Shown: in pieces, positions 8,957 to 17,654 of the stretch
Layout of the letters: every line of letters starts with the position of its first letter
How positions within the stretch are numbered: the first letter of the stretch is position 1
Assembly: GCA_036229005.1 (NCBI GenBank)
Contig: JAZAMN010000052.1
Coordinates: 352,001 to 416,000 of the forward strand
DNA length: 64,000 nucleotides
From: Myxococcota bacterium
GTDB taxonomy: Bacteria; Myxococcota_A; UBA796; CAJQPC01
Direction: 5' to 3'
Translations under genes and position numbers: made by a program
The notes under the pieces: model-generated
Database searches by the model: none
Seen by the model: the letters and a program-made list of their open reading frames with translations, nothing else
What the model was told of the DNA's origin: nothing

Positions 8957-9550
8957 ATGATCCCCTGGCTGCTGCTGCCCCTGCTCCTGCCCGCGCCGGA
9001 GCGCACCTACCTGGCCAGCGTCGAGACGCGCTCGGTGCACCAGCTCTACGGTGAGTACGCCCGCGGTCAGGGCCTGGAGGGGGCCGACGCCCGCTTGTCC
9101 TGCAAGCTGCTGGCGGACCCGCTCACCCTCTGCCTCAAGGTCGAGGAGGAGGGCAAGCGCCGCTACGTCAGCCAGGGGGATCTGCAACGCTGGGAGCTCA
9201 CGGATGTCCGCGCCCGTGAGCTGGCCGCTGGCGCCGTCGAGGACAACCCGTGGCAGCAGGTGCCCATCGACGGCGGCGGCCACTACCACCAGGTCAAGGC
9301 CGACCCCAACCGGGCGTCCGCAGCCCTGCTGCACCCCGAGTGGCTCAGTACCCTGGGGCCCAACCCCGTCGTGGCGGTGCCTGCGCGCGGCGTCGTCGTG
9401 GGGTGGTCCGCAGGAGACCCGGAGCTTGACAAGATCATGGCCGTGGCCGTGCGCCGCATGTACGACGAGCTGCCCGAGCCCCTCTCTCCAGTCGCCCTGA
9501 GCTGGACGGACAAGGGCTGGCGCACCTGGGGACAGGCCAAGGCGCGGTAG
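8957..9550 (+). CDS. Secreted hypothetical protein, DUF1444-like C-terminus
   Basis: Hydrophobic N-terminus; ASAALL...VVAVPARG...PLSP pattern. Confidence 0.6.
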   Translation: MIPWLLLPLLLPAPERTYLASVETRSVHQLYGEYARGQGLEGADARLSCKLLADPLTLCLKVEEEGKRRYVSQGDLQRWELTDVRARELAAGAVEDNPWQQVPIDGGGHYHQVKADPNRASAALLHPEWLSTLGPNPVVAVPARGVVVGWSAGDPELDKIMAVAVRRMYDELPEPLSPVALSWTDKGWRTWGQAKAR

Positions 9551-9577
9551 ACTGCGCTCCCCAAGGAGTGGACCCCC

Positions 9578-10216
9578 ATGAGCCTGGCCCAGGCCGTCAT
9601 CCGCGGCGTGCTCGGACGCGTCGCCCAGCGCGTCGCCCAAAACCACCTCTTCGAGCAGCCCGGCGAGCGGGAGCCCACGCCGCCGCTGCGCGAGCCGAAG
9701 GACGCGGAGCCGGGGCGGGGCTTCTCGACCAAGCTGGGCGGCGAGAGCCTGTCCTCGCCGATGGACGTGAGCGCAAAGGCGCTCTGTCAGCCCATGGGTC
9801 TGAGGGGTGTGCTCGAGCGGATCGCAGACCATGATGGCCCCCTCGTCCTCCACCACTGGGCCACCTGGTGCGCCCCCTGCGAGGAGGAGCTGCCGCTGAT
9901 CCAAGAGCTCGCCGCGTCGCTGCCCGAAGAGGCCGAGGTGTTGGGCCTGAGCTGGGATGCCTTCGAGGGGGGAGGGGACCCCGCCCAGGACGCCGAGCGC
10001 GTGGGCCAATACGCCAAGAAGATGGGGCTGGATTTCCCGACGCTGCTGCTGACCGACGCCCCCGAGAAGGTGTTCAAGGCCCTGGAGCTGGGCTTTCAGC
10101 AGATCCCGCAGACCCGCGTCCTGGACGGCTCTGGGGCGACTCTGCTGCAGTTCGATGGCCCCCTGAGCGCGCAGGATATCGAGCGCGTCCGGTCCACGAT
10201 CCAGGAGGCCCTGTGA
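9578..10216 (+). CDS. TlpA/ResA-family thioredoxin-like protein with N-terminal extension
   Basis: HWATWCAPCEEELP and IPQT cis-Pro loop. Confidence 0.9.
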   Translation: MSLAQAVIRGVLGRVAQRVAQNHLFEQPGEREPTPPLREPKDAEPGRGFSTKLGGESLSSPMDVSAKALCQPMGLRGVLERIADHDGPLVLHHWATWCAPCEEELPLIQELAASLPEEAEVLGLSWDAFEGGGDPAQDAERVGQYAKKMGLDFPTLLLTDAPEKVFKALELGFQQIPQTRVLDGSGATLLQFDGPLSAQDIERVRSTIQEAL

Positions 10217-11754
10217 TGCTGCTCGCCCTCTCCTTTAGCGCCGCGCTGTTTGGCTGCGTGCGCCCGACGGCCACCCCGGCGGAGCTCCCGAGCGACCCCC
10301 GCGACATCCTGGTGCTCCACACCAACGACCAGCACGGCCACTACCTGCCCGAGCGCGCCCCCTGGATCGAGGGGGAGCCCGAGATCGGCGGCACCGTGCT
10401 CCTGGACCAGTACATCCGCGGCGCCCGGGACTCCCACGGCGCCGAGCGCACCCTGCTGCTGGATGGTGGCGACCTGCTCTCCGGCACACCCCTGACCGAC
10501 CTGGAGGTGCGCGGCTCCAAGGGCGGCGCGATGCTCGATGTGCTGGAGACCCTGGGCTACGACGCCTGGGCCATCGGCAACCACGAGATGGACAAGGGGC
10601 GGGCGAACACGGACGCGTTCGTGTCGGACTCGCAGGTGCAGGTGCTCTCGGCCAACCTGGTCAAGGAGAGCGGCGGGATGGCCTTCGGGGGGCAGCTCCC
10701 CTCCCGGATCTACGACCTGGGCGAGGTCCGCATCGGCGTGATCGGCGCCACGACTGAGGGCATGGACTACCTGGTCTCCAAGGAGGCCTTCGCGGGCCTG
10801 GATGTGCAGCCCGTGGCCGACGCCATCCGCCCCGAGGTCGAGCGCCTCAAGGGTGAGGTCGACGTCGTGGTCCTGCTCACCCACATCGGCGTGGAGGAGG
10901 ACCAGGCCATCGCGCAGGCGGTCCCCGGGATCGACCTCATCGTCGGTGGGCACAGCCACACGCACCTGTTCCCCGAGATCAAGGAGGGGGAGACCTGGAT
11001 CGTCCAGGCCGGGTCCTACGCCCGCTCGCTGGGGACCCTCCGGATCCGGGTCGGAGAGGGTGGGGGAATCGAGACATTGAACTACACCCTCGTGGATCTG
11101 CTGCCCGAGACCGCTCCTGGAGAGCCCCGTCCCGCCGTCGAGGCCATGGTCGCCGACTACGACCAGCGCATCCGCAGCTTCTATGACGTGGTCCTGGGCG
11201 AGTGCAGCGAGACCCTCACCCGCGACTACTACCGCCAGAGCCCCCTGGGGAGCTGGGCCACGGACATGCTCCGGGAGCAGCTCGGCACCGATCTGGCGCT
11301 CTACAACGGCGGCGGGCTGCGCGCGGACCTGCCGGCGGGGCCCATCAGCCGGCGCAGCCTCTACAACATCTTTCCCTTTGGGAACGAGGTGGTCACCTTC
11401 GAGATGACCGGCGTGGAGCTGCAGGCCCTGCTGCTGGCCAACGTCATGGCCGACCAGGAGGAGAGCCGCGGCGCCATGCAGATCTCCGGCGCGACCCTGG
11501 AGTGGCGCGAGGTCATGGGCGCCCCCGAGGTCGTCCGGGCCACGGTCGGCGGAGAGCCCCTGGACGCCGCCGCGACGTACACGGTCGCGACCAACTCCTA
11601 CGTGGTCGACCAGGCCGAGCGCTACCTGGCCGGGACCCAGCCCAAGAACGTCCAGAAGACCGGTCAGACGGTGTTCGAGACGGCCCAGGCCCACGTCGAG
11701 GACAACCCCCGCGTCGACCGCCCCATGGACGCCCGGAGCGTGCGGCTGCCCTGA
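10216..11754 (+). CDS. 5'-nucleotidase / UDP-sugar hydrolase lipoprotein
   Basis: HTNDQHG, LDGGD, GNHE, LTHIG, GGHSH, NGGGLR, PFGN; lipobox LFGC. Confidence 0.95.
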   Translation: MLLALSFSAALFGCVRPTATPAELPSDPRDILVLHTNDQHGHYLPERAPWIEGEPEIGGTVLLDQYIRGARDSHGAERTLLLDGGDLLSGTPLTDLEVRGSKGGAMLDVLETLGYDAWAIGNHEMDKGRANTDAFVSDSQVQVLSANLVKESGGMAFGGQLPSRIYDLGEVRIGVIGATTEGMDYLVSKEAFAGLDVQPVADAIRPEVERLKGEVDVVVLLTHIGVEEDQAIAQAVPGIDLIVGGHSHTHLFPEIKEGETWIVQAGSYARSLGTLRIRVGEGGGIETLNYTLVDLLPETAPGEPRPAVEAMVADYDQRIRSFYDVVLGECSETLTRDYYRQSPLGSWATDMLREQLGTDLALYNGGGLRADLPAGPISRRSLYNIFPFGNEVVTFEMTGVELQALLLANVMADQEESRGAMQISGATLEWREVMGAPEVVRATVGGEPLDAAATYTVATNSYVVDQAERYLAGTQPKNVQKTGQTVFETAQAHVEDNPRVDRPMDARSVRLP

Positions 11755-11770
11755 GCCAAGGGGAGGGGAC

Positions 11771-12625
11771 TCAGCCCGGCTCGCAGGCCCCGATCCCGGC
11801 GTCCTGGTCATCGCAGTCCAGGCCCCAGGGGCTGAGATCCAGCCCGTCGCCGTCCTGGTCGAAGTCCGAGCCGCCGCTGCAGTCCGCGTCCAGTCCGTCG
11901 TACCAGACCTCGATGACATCGGGGTTCACGTAGTCCCGCGTGTCGTCGCAGTCCGGGCCCTCGGGCTCACGGTCGAAGCCGTCGTGGTCCCGGTCAAAGT
12001 CGCTGTCGCCGGAGCAGTCCTGATCGACCCCGTCGTACCAGGTCTCGGGCGCGCTGGGGTTGATGCGGGCGTCGGCGTCATCGCAGTCCTCAGCCAGCTC
12101 CCAGCCGTCGCCATCGCAGTCCTGCTCGTTGCTGCCATCGCAGTCCTGGTCGACGCCGTCGTAGCAGGCGTCGTCCGCGTCGGGGTGCACGCTGGGGTCC
12201 TGGTCATCGCAGTCCGGGCCACCAGCCAGAGTGCTCTCGAAGCCGTCCGCGTCGCCGTCCGGGTCGGTCTGGCCGCTGAGCGGGATGGCGAAGCCGGACT
12301 CGTTGACCTCGTCGCAGCGCAGAGTCTCCGAGCTGCCCGAGAGCCCAGCGAGCTCGGCGGTGTAGCTCACCAGGAGGACGGCCGACCCTTCAGCCTCCAG
12401 CTCCAGCAGCGGCGTGTCCACCGAGAAAGGGCTGGGCGCGGAGCAACGCAAGACGCGTGGCTCGTACCAGGTGTTGACCAGCGCCAGAGGGAGGCTGGCG
12501 CGCTGGCCGATGGGGACGCTCCCGAAGTTCAGCTCCGCCGCGTTGAGCTCCAGCTCGGGCAGCGACAGGACCACAGCCTGGTCGGCGGGGAGGCAGGCCT
12601 GGAGGCTCAGGAGGACCATCAACAT
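11771..12625 (-). CDS. Lipoprotein with Ig-like domain and about 3.5 DCDD...DGxDxDC (MopE-related, putative metal-binding) repeats
   Basis: LQAC lipobox; LNFGSVPIG Ig-like start; DCDDxxxxVxP...YDGVDQDC repeats. Confidence 0.85.
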   Translation of the reverse strand: MLMVLLSLQACLPADQAVVLSLPELELNAAELNFGSVPIGQRASLPLALVNTWYEPRVLRCSAPSPFSVDTPLLELEAEGSAVLLVSYTAELAGLSGSSETLRCDEVNESGFAIPLSGQTDPDGDADGFESTLAGGPDCDDQDPSVHPDADDACYDGVDQDCDGSNEQDCDGDGWELAEDCDDADARINPSAPETWYDGVDQDCSGDSDFDRDHDGFDREPEGPDCDDTRDYVNPDVIEVWYDGLDADCSGGSDFDQDGDGLDLSPWGLDCDDQDAGIGACEPG

Positions 12626-12693
12626 GCGCGGCAGAGTATCTCGGGGGGAGTGGCGTTCCCAGGGGGATGCTCGGCTCGGACTCCAGGGTAAGA

Positions 12694-12721
12694 TATTCCG
12701 ATAATGTATATTATGTCCAAT
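12694..12721. other. dif: dif site (XerC/XerD chromosome dimer resolution site)
   Basis: TATTCCGATAA-TGTATA-TTATGTCCAAT versus E. coli dif GGTGCGCATAA-TGTATA-TTATGTTAAAT; intergenic, AT-rich patch in very GC-rich DNA. Confidence 0.88.
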
Positions 12722-12784
12722 GAGTGGTCCCGAGGACCGGGCGAGAACACTCCGCTCCAGACAAGGCCCAGAACTCACGGCCGC

Positions 12785-14332
12785 TCACCCCGGCGGCAGG
12801 AGCATCAGGTTCTGGGAGTCGCTGTCCTGGACCTGCTGGCGCACCTGGAAGTTGCTCCCATCGGCCAGCGTCACGGTGAAGGTGTGGGCCCCCACCGGCA
12901 GCTCGATGCTCGCGGGAAGCGCGTCGATGGTCTGCCCGTTCACGACCACCCGGGAGGCACCCGCCGGCCCATAGAGCATGACCTTGCGCGTCGTGGCCTC
13001 CGCGTCCAGGCTCAAGTGCGTGCTGGCCTTGTCGCTGTCCAGGCTGACCATGATGGTCTGGGGCTTGTAGCCGGCGCTCTCTGCGCGGACCTTGTGCGAG
13101 CCCTGGGCCAGCTTCATGTTGACCGGCGAGATGCCCGCGAAGTCCCCGTCGATGAAGATCTGCGCGCCCATGGGCATGCTCGTCACGCTCAGGGTTCCAA
13201 CCGCTGCCGGCGCGGGTTGTGCGGGTGCCTCTCCCCACGGCGTGCCGGCCTCGGGCGCTTCGGTGGCGGCGGCGGGCTCGACGTCAGCGACGACGGGCTC
13301 TGGGGTGTTCTCCCCGGTGGGCTCACCGCTTGGCGCTGGGGCCGCTGCCAGCTCCTCGACACTGGGCTGCGCCGGGGAGGTCACCGGGGCGCTGACGGGA
13401 TCTGCGGCGGTCTTGGGAGTGCTCTCCGGCTTGACCTGGCGTGTGGGCGCTGGAGTTTCGCTCGCAGCAGGCGCGCTCGCGTCTGCGACCGCCGGCTCAC
13501 CGGACGGCGCCACGGGCTGGGGCTCCGGGTCACTCCCCATGAACTTCATGGCCCCAAGACCCAACCCAAGCAGGACCAGCGCTGCGACGCCAATGGCCAC
13601 CCAAGGGGGCCCTCCCCTGCCCTGCTCATCCTCGCGGGGCGGAGGTTCGGGGGTCGCGCCGCCGGCCCAGGCCGCGAGCTCGGGATCCTCGTCGGGCTCT
13701 GGCGCAGGCAGGGGCTCAGGGAGGCTGGCGGGAGCGGCGGGCCAGTGCTGGGGCGGCTCTTCGAGGCTCTGAGGCTCCATCGCAGGGGCCGGCTCGGGTT
13801 TGGGCTCCGGCAGCGGCTCGGGCAGAGGGGCCTGGTTCTCGATGGGCCGCGCCTGGTCCAGAGGGATGGGCCGGGTCTCGTCATCCGGCAGGCCCGAGGG
13901 GGGCTCGATCTCGCCAGCGAGCGGGGCGAGGCTGTCGGGCTCGTCCAGATCGGGGACCAGGGTCTGACGCATCGGATCTGGCGCGCTGGTGGGCCCGCTG
14001 GGAATCGCCGCTGTCTCTTCCTGCGTGTACGGCAGGTTTGCGGGCTCGGGCGCGTCCAGGTTCCCGGGCTCCGGCAGCTCCAGGCCCGCAGGCTCCGGGA
14101 GATCGGAGGCGTCCCGCAGGAAGGCCGGTTCAGGGAGCTCTGCGGCGTTCAGCGTGTCCGCATCGAGCGCCCGGCGGATCGCGGGACCGAGCGCCGGCAA
14201 GGGGCGGTCGAACTCATCCTCGACGCTCAAGGCCTCCGGCTCGACGCTGCTCTCCACAAGGACCTCGCCGTCCTTGAAGCAGAAGTCGACGCGAGCGTCG
14301 TACTTGGTTCCGCACTGGGGGCAGGTCTTCAT
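12785..14332 (-). CDS. Zinc-ribbon / Pro-rich linker / TM / PEGA-domain protein
   Basis: MKTCPQCGTKY...FCFKDG; TM WVAIGVAALVLLGLGLG; GTLSVTSMPMGAQIFIDG...G.SP PEGA domain plus a second PEGA-like repeat. Confidence 0.85.
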   Translation of the reverse strand: MKTCPQCGTKYDARVDFCFKDGEVLVESSVEPEALSVEDEFDRPLPALGPAIRRALDADTLNAAELPEPAFLRDASDLPEPAGLELPEPGNLDAPEPANLPYTQEETAAIPSGPTSAPDPMRQTLVPDLDEPDSLAPLAGEIEPPSGLPDDETRPIPLDQARPIENQAPLPEPLPEPKPEPAPAMEPQSLEEPPQHWPAAPASLPEPLPAPEPDEDPELAAWAGGATPEPPPREDEQGRGGPPWVAIGVAALVLLGLGLGAMKFMGSDPEPQPVAPSGEPAVADASAPAASETPAPTRQVKPESTPKTAADPVSAPVTSPAQPSVEELAAAPAPSGEPTGENTPEPVVADVEPAAATEAPEAGTPWGEAPAQPAPAAVGTLSVTSMPMGAQIFIDGDFAGISPVNMKLAQGSHKVRAESAGYKPQTIMVSLDSDKASTHLSLDAEATTRKVMLYGPAGASRVVVNGQTIDALPASIELPVGAHTFTVTLADGSNFQVRQQVQDSDSQNLMLLPPG

Positions 14333-14409
14333 CTGTAGGCTTCGGTCTCCGGACCGGGATCATACTGCGCTGCCCGGGGCGAGGCACCGTAAGGTGGCTG
14401 ACGCCTGCG

Positions 14410-15150
14410 CTACATCGCGCTGGTTGACTGGCCAGACAGGGCCAGGAGGCGATCGGCAAAGCGGGGCAGCGTGTCGACGATGTCCCCGAGCACGGTCGGG
14501 ATCTCCAGCGACTCGGCCAGGTCGGTGCGCTCCAGGTTGAAGTCGATGACCATCGCGCCGGCCTCCTGGGCGATGCCGGGCAGGCTCGCTGCAGGCCACA
14601 CCTCGGCGGAGGTCCCGAGCACCAACAGGGCATCGCAGTAGCGCGCCAGCCCCTCGGCCTCGTGGATCACGCCTTCGTGCAGGGGGTCGCCAAAGAGGAT
14701 GATGTCGGGCTTGAGCCAGGCGCCGCAGTCGGGGCAGCGGGGATCGTGGGGCCAGTCGCAGTGGTAGCCGCAGCCAAGGCAGCGCAGGATGCGCCCGTTG
14801 CCGTGGTACGCGATGATCCGGTGGCTGCCGGCGCGCCGGTGCAACCCGTCGATGTTCTGGGTGATGACTCCCAGCAGGATGCGGGCCTTCTCCAGCCGCG
14901 CCAGGGCGTCATGGGCAGCGTTGGGCTCCGCGCCATCGACCACATCGTAGAGGCCGTGGAACATGTTCCAGACCTTCTCCGGGTCCTGGGCGAAGGCCGC
15001 CCGGGTCGCGTACTCGTGGGGCGGGAAGGTGGACCAGAGCCCACCGGGGCTGCGGAAATCGGGGATACCGCTGGCGACCGACATACCGGCGCCAGTCAGC
15101 ACGGCCAGCCGCTTGCCAGCCAGCCGCTCGGCAGCCTCTTCAGGCCCCAT
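14410..15150 (-). CDS. cobB: NAD-dependent protein deacylase (Sir2/CobB family)
   Basis: TGAGMSVASGIPDFRS, TQNIDGLH, HG, CxxC..CxxC, KPDIILFG, GTS. Confidence 0.92.
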   Translation of the reverse strand: MGPEEAAERLAGKRLAVLTGAGMSVASGIPDFRSPGGLWSTFPPHEYATRAAFAQDPEKVWNMFHGLYDVVDGAEPNAAHDALARLEKARILLGVITQNIDGLHRRAGSHRIIAYHGNGRILRCLGCGYHCDWPHDPRCPDCGAWLKPDIILFGDPLHEGVIHEAEGLARYCDALLVLGTSAEVWPAASLPGIAQEAGAMVIDFNLERTDLAESLEIPTVLGDIVDTLPRFADRLLALSGQSTSAM

Positions 15151-16282
15151 GGGTCTTCTTGAGCCAGCGGGCCAGGACCAGGCGCTGGATCTGGTTGGTG
15201 CCCTCGACGATCTGCATCACCTTGGCGTCTCGCATGTAGCGCTCCACGGGGTACTCCCGCGTGTACCCGTATCCCCCCAGGACCTGGACTGCGTCGGTGG
15301 CCACCTTCATGGCGGTGTCCGTGGCCTTGAGCTTGGCCATCGCGGCGACGTGGGAGAACTCCATGCCCTGGTCCTTGAGCCAGGCGGCCTTGCGGACCAG
15401 GAGTTCGGCGGACTCGATGTCGGCGGCCATGTCGGCCAGCATGAAGCCCACGCCCTGGAAGTCGATGATCGGCTGCTTGAACTGCGTGCGCTGGGTGGCG
15501 TAGTTGGCGGCGACGGCCAGCGAGGCCTTGGCCAGCCCGATGGCGGTGGACGCGATGGTGATCCGCCCGGAGTCCAGGGCGGAGAGCGCGATGCGCATGC
15601 CCATCCCTTCCTCGCCGATGAGGTTGGCTGCTGGGATGCGACAGTTCTCCAGGATGAGCTCAACGGTGGGGCTGGCACGCATCCCCATCTTCTCTTCCTT
15701 CTTCCCGAAAGAGAGCCCTGGCGCGTCACCCGGCACGATGAAGCTGCTGACGCCGCGGGAGCCGGGTCCACCGGTGCGCGCCATCACGATGTAGATGTCG
15801 GCGTAGGAGCCGTGGGTGATCCAGAACTTGGTCCCGTTGAGCACGTATTCGTCGCCATCGCGGCGGGCGGTGGTGCTCAGGGAGGCGGCGTCGCTCCCGG
15901 ACTCGGGCTCGGACAGCGCGAAGGCCCCCAGCTTCTCACCGGAGGCGAGCTCAGGAAGCCAGGCCTCCTTCTGGGCGTCGCTGCCGAAGGTGCCCAGGAT
16001 GACCTGAGGGAGGCCGTTCACGGCGACGGAGACGGCGTAGCTGCTGGAGACCCGGGCGATCTCCTCGAGCACGACCACGTACTCGCTGTAGCCCAGCCCC
16101 AGACCTCCGAAGGCCTCGGGGGTCGCGACGCCACAGAGCCCCGCTTCGCCCAGGGCGTGGAAGAGCTCCTTGCGGTAGCGCTCGGCCTCGTCGTCCTCCT
16201 TGAGGGACCCGCCCAGGATGCTCCCGGCGGCGGTTCGGGCGGCTTCACGCAGCTCAGACTGCATCTCGGTGTCGACGAACAT
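15140..16282 (-). CDS. Acyl-CoA dehydrogenase
   Basis: FALSEPESGSD, NGTKFWIT, RTQFKQPI, GGYGY, IVEGTNQIQR. Confidence 0.96.
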   Translation of the reverse strand: MFVDTEMQSELREAARTAAGSILGGSLKEDDEAERYRKELFHALGEAGLCGVATPEAFGGLGLGYSEYVVVLEEIARVSSSYAVSVAVNGLPQVILGTFGSDAQKEAWLPELASGEKLGAFALSEPESGSDAASLSTTARRDGDEYVLNGTKFWITHGSYADIYIVMARTGGPGSRGVSSFIVPGDAPGLSFGKKEEKMGMRASPTVELILENCRIPAANLIGEEGMGMRIALSALDSGRITIASTAIGLAKASLAVAANYATQRTQFKQPIIDFQGVGFMLADMAADIESAELLVRKAAWLKDQGMEFSHVAAMAKLKATDTAMKVATDAVQVLGGYGYTREYPVERYMRDAKVMQIVEGTNQIQRLVLARWLKKTHGA

Positions 16283-16357
16283 GGAATCCCTCCAGACGCC
16301 ATGCTGCTAAAACCCACGCCGGTCCTTACGCCACGGTAAGTCGTTGGCTCCCCTGCC

Positions 16358-16918
16358 CTACTCCGTGGCCTGCCGCTCCAGCTCCTGCTTGATCTCGGCG
16401 ATGGCGGCCTCGAAGTCCAGATCCACGACCTGCCCGCCGGGCTCCCGCTTCTCCATCTTTGCGGCCACAGTGGTCTCGACGCCCCAGGCCTGGATCGGCA
16501 GCCACGCCGTGGCGAGCGTCCCGTTGCGCTCCACCCGGGCGGACGTGAGGTCCCCGGCCTGGATCGCCGGGCAGTACTCCCCGGGTGGCTTCTTGCCGAA
16601 CTCAGCGCGGGCCTGGGCGACCAGATCCTCTTTGCCGGCCTCCAGCAGGCCATCCAGGAGCCCCCGGCCAGCCGCGAGGGCGATGCCCGCCAGGGGGTTG
16701 TTCTTCTGGCGTTGAGAGCGCTCGCCCCAGTCCTCCAGCAGGGTGATCCGGGCGCAGCCTTCTGCGGCCGGGGGCAGGACCTCATCCAGGACGACGACCT
16801 CCTCGAAGGACGCGAGGTCTCCGTCATTGAGGGCGGTCGCCCCCTGGATCAAGGCGGGGCGCGGGCCGAACAGGCTGCAGCCGGTGAGCAGGAGAATATT
16901 CAGGATCATCATGAACAT
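16358..16918 (-). CDS. Hypothetical lipoprotein
   Basis: LLLTGC lipobox; distal part of ORF 16358..17542. Confidence 0.7.
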   Translation of the reverse strand: MFMMILNILLLTGCSLFGPRPALIQGATALNDGDLASFEEVVVLDEVLPPAAEGCARITLLEDWGERSQRQKNNPLAGIALAAGRGLLDGLLEAGKEDLVAQARAEFGKKPPGEYCPAIQAGDLTSARVERNGTLATAWLPIQAWGVETTVAAKMEKREPGGQVVDLDFEAAIAEIKQELERQATE

Positions 16919-16944
16919 CCTACGTAGCGCCCCAGCGCTTTGTT

Positions 16945-16965
16945 TGTCTTGACAGGCCAAAGACA
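16945..16965. promoter_or_regulatory. Putative operator TGTCTT-N9-AAGACA overlapping a TTGACA -35 box in a divergent intergenic region
   Basis: Perfect 6-bp inverted repeat; TTGACA at 16949-16954; no clear -10. Confidence 0.4.
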
Positions 16966-17044
16966 CTGGATAGGCCTCATGCACCCGAGGACCTGTGTGG
17001 GACCCCGGCCACCGATTCACCACAGAAGACACACTGGAGTTCCC

Positions 17045-17518
17045 GTGAAGCGCTTCCTGATCGCCCTGACCGCTGTCGCCGCCCTGACCGGCTGCAACCT
17101 CAAGGGCTCCTCCATCCCCGGCGCCGCCATCCCCTTCGCCAAGGCGGACTACACCATCATGGGCGCCACCAACGCCGAGGAGTGTGGCACCTACATCATC
17201 GGCATCGACTGGGTGCACATCTTCAAGAACGAGGGCGCCATCGCCGCTCCCGGCACCTTCACCCTGCAGGACGCAGGTGGCGCCGTGGGTGCTGCTGCTA
17301 CCGCTGGCCGCCTGAGCCCCGAGGGCAGCCGCGCGCTGTACCACGCTCTGGAGAAGATGCCTGAGGCCACCCACCTGCTGGCCCCCAAGGTCTCCGTCGA
17401 GACCACCGGCATCCCCCTGGGCCCCAGCCCCTACGCCCCCATCCTCTTCGGCAAGCGCTGCGCTTCCGTCGAGGCTCACGGCGTCAAGATCGGCGACCGC
17501 CCCAACGCTCAGCAGTGA
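17045..17518 (+). CDS. Small lipoprotein (TRL/Bor-like, tentative)
   Basis: GGAG RBS, GTG start, ALTGC lipobox, strong codon bias, followed by a terminator. Confidence 0.8.
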   Translation: MKRFLIALTAVAALTGCNLKGSSIPGAAIPFAKADYTIMGATNAEECGTYIIGIDWVHIFKNEGAIAAPGTFTLQDAGGAVGAAATAGRLSPEGSRALYHALEKMPEATHLLAPKVSVETTGIPLGPSPYAPILFGKRCASVEAHGVKIGDRPNAQQ

Positions 17519-17566
17519 GACGTCGCGCCTCTCGGGGCGCACAACGTCGACCTCAGCGTCGGAACA

Positions 17567-17605
17567 AGGGCTCTCGACCTTCGGGTCGGGGGCCCTCTGT
17601 CTTTT
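17567..17605 (+). terminator. Intrinsic terminator
   Basis: AGGGCTCTCGACC-TTCG-GGTCGGGGGCCCT stem with UUCG loop, followed by CTGTCTTTT. Confidence 0.8.
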
Positions 17606-17654
17606 GGCGGCTCCGGTGGGGTCGAGGGGCTGAGCCCCCCATGGAGCGACCGGC

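Noticed and set aside
12626..12784. tRNA, sRNA or phage attachment island at the AT-rich patch
   Set aside because: No cloverleaf and no integrase or phage genes; the patch is explained by dif.
14410..15150. Sir2 anti-phage NADase (Thoeris/DSR type)
   Set aside because: It is a canonical zinc-binding deacylase with no defence partner genes.
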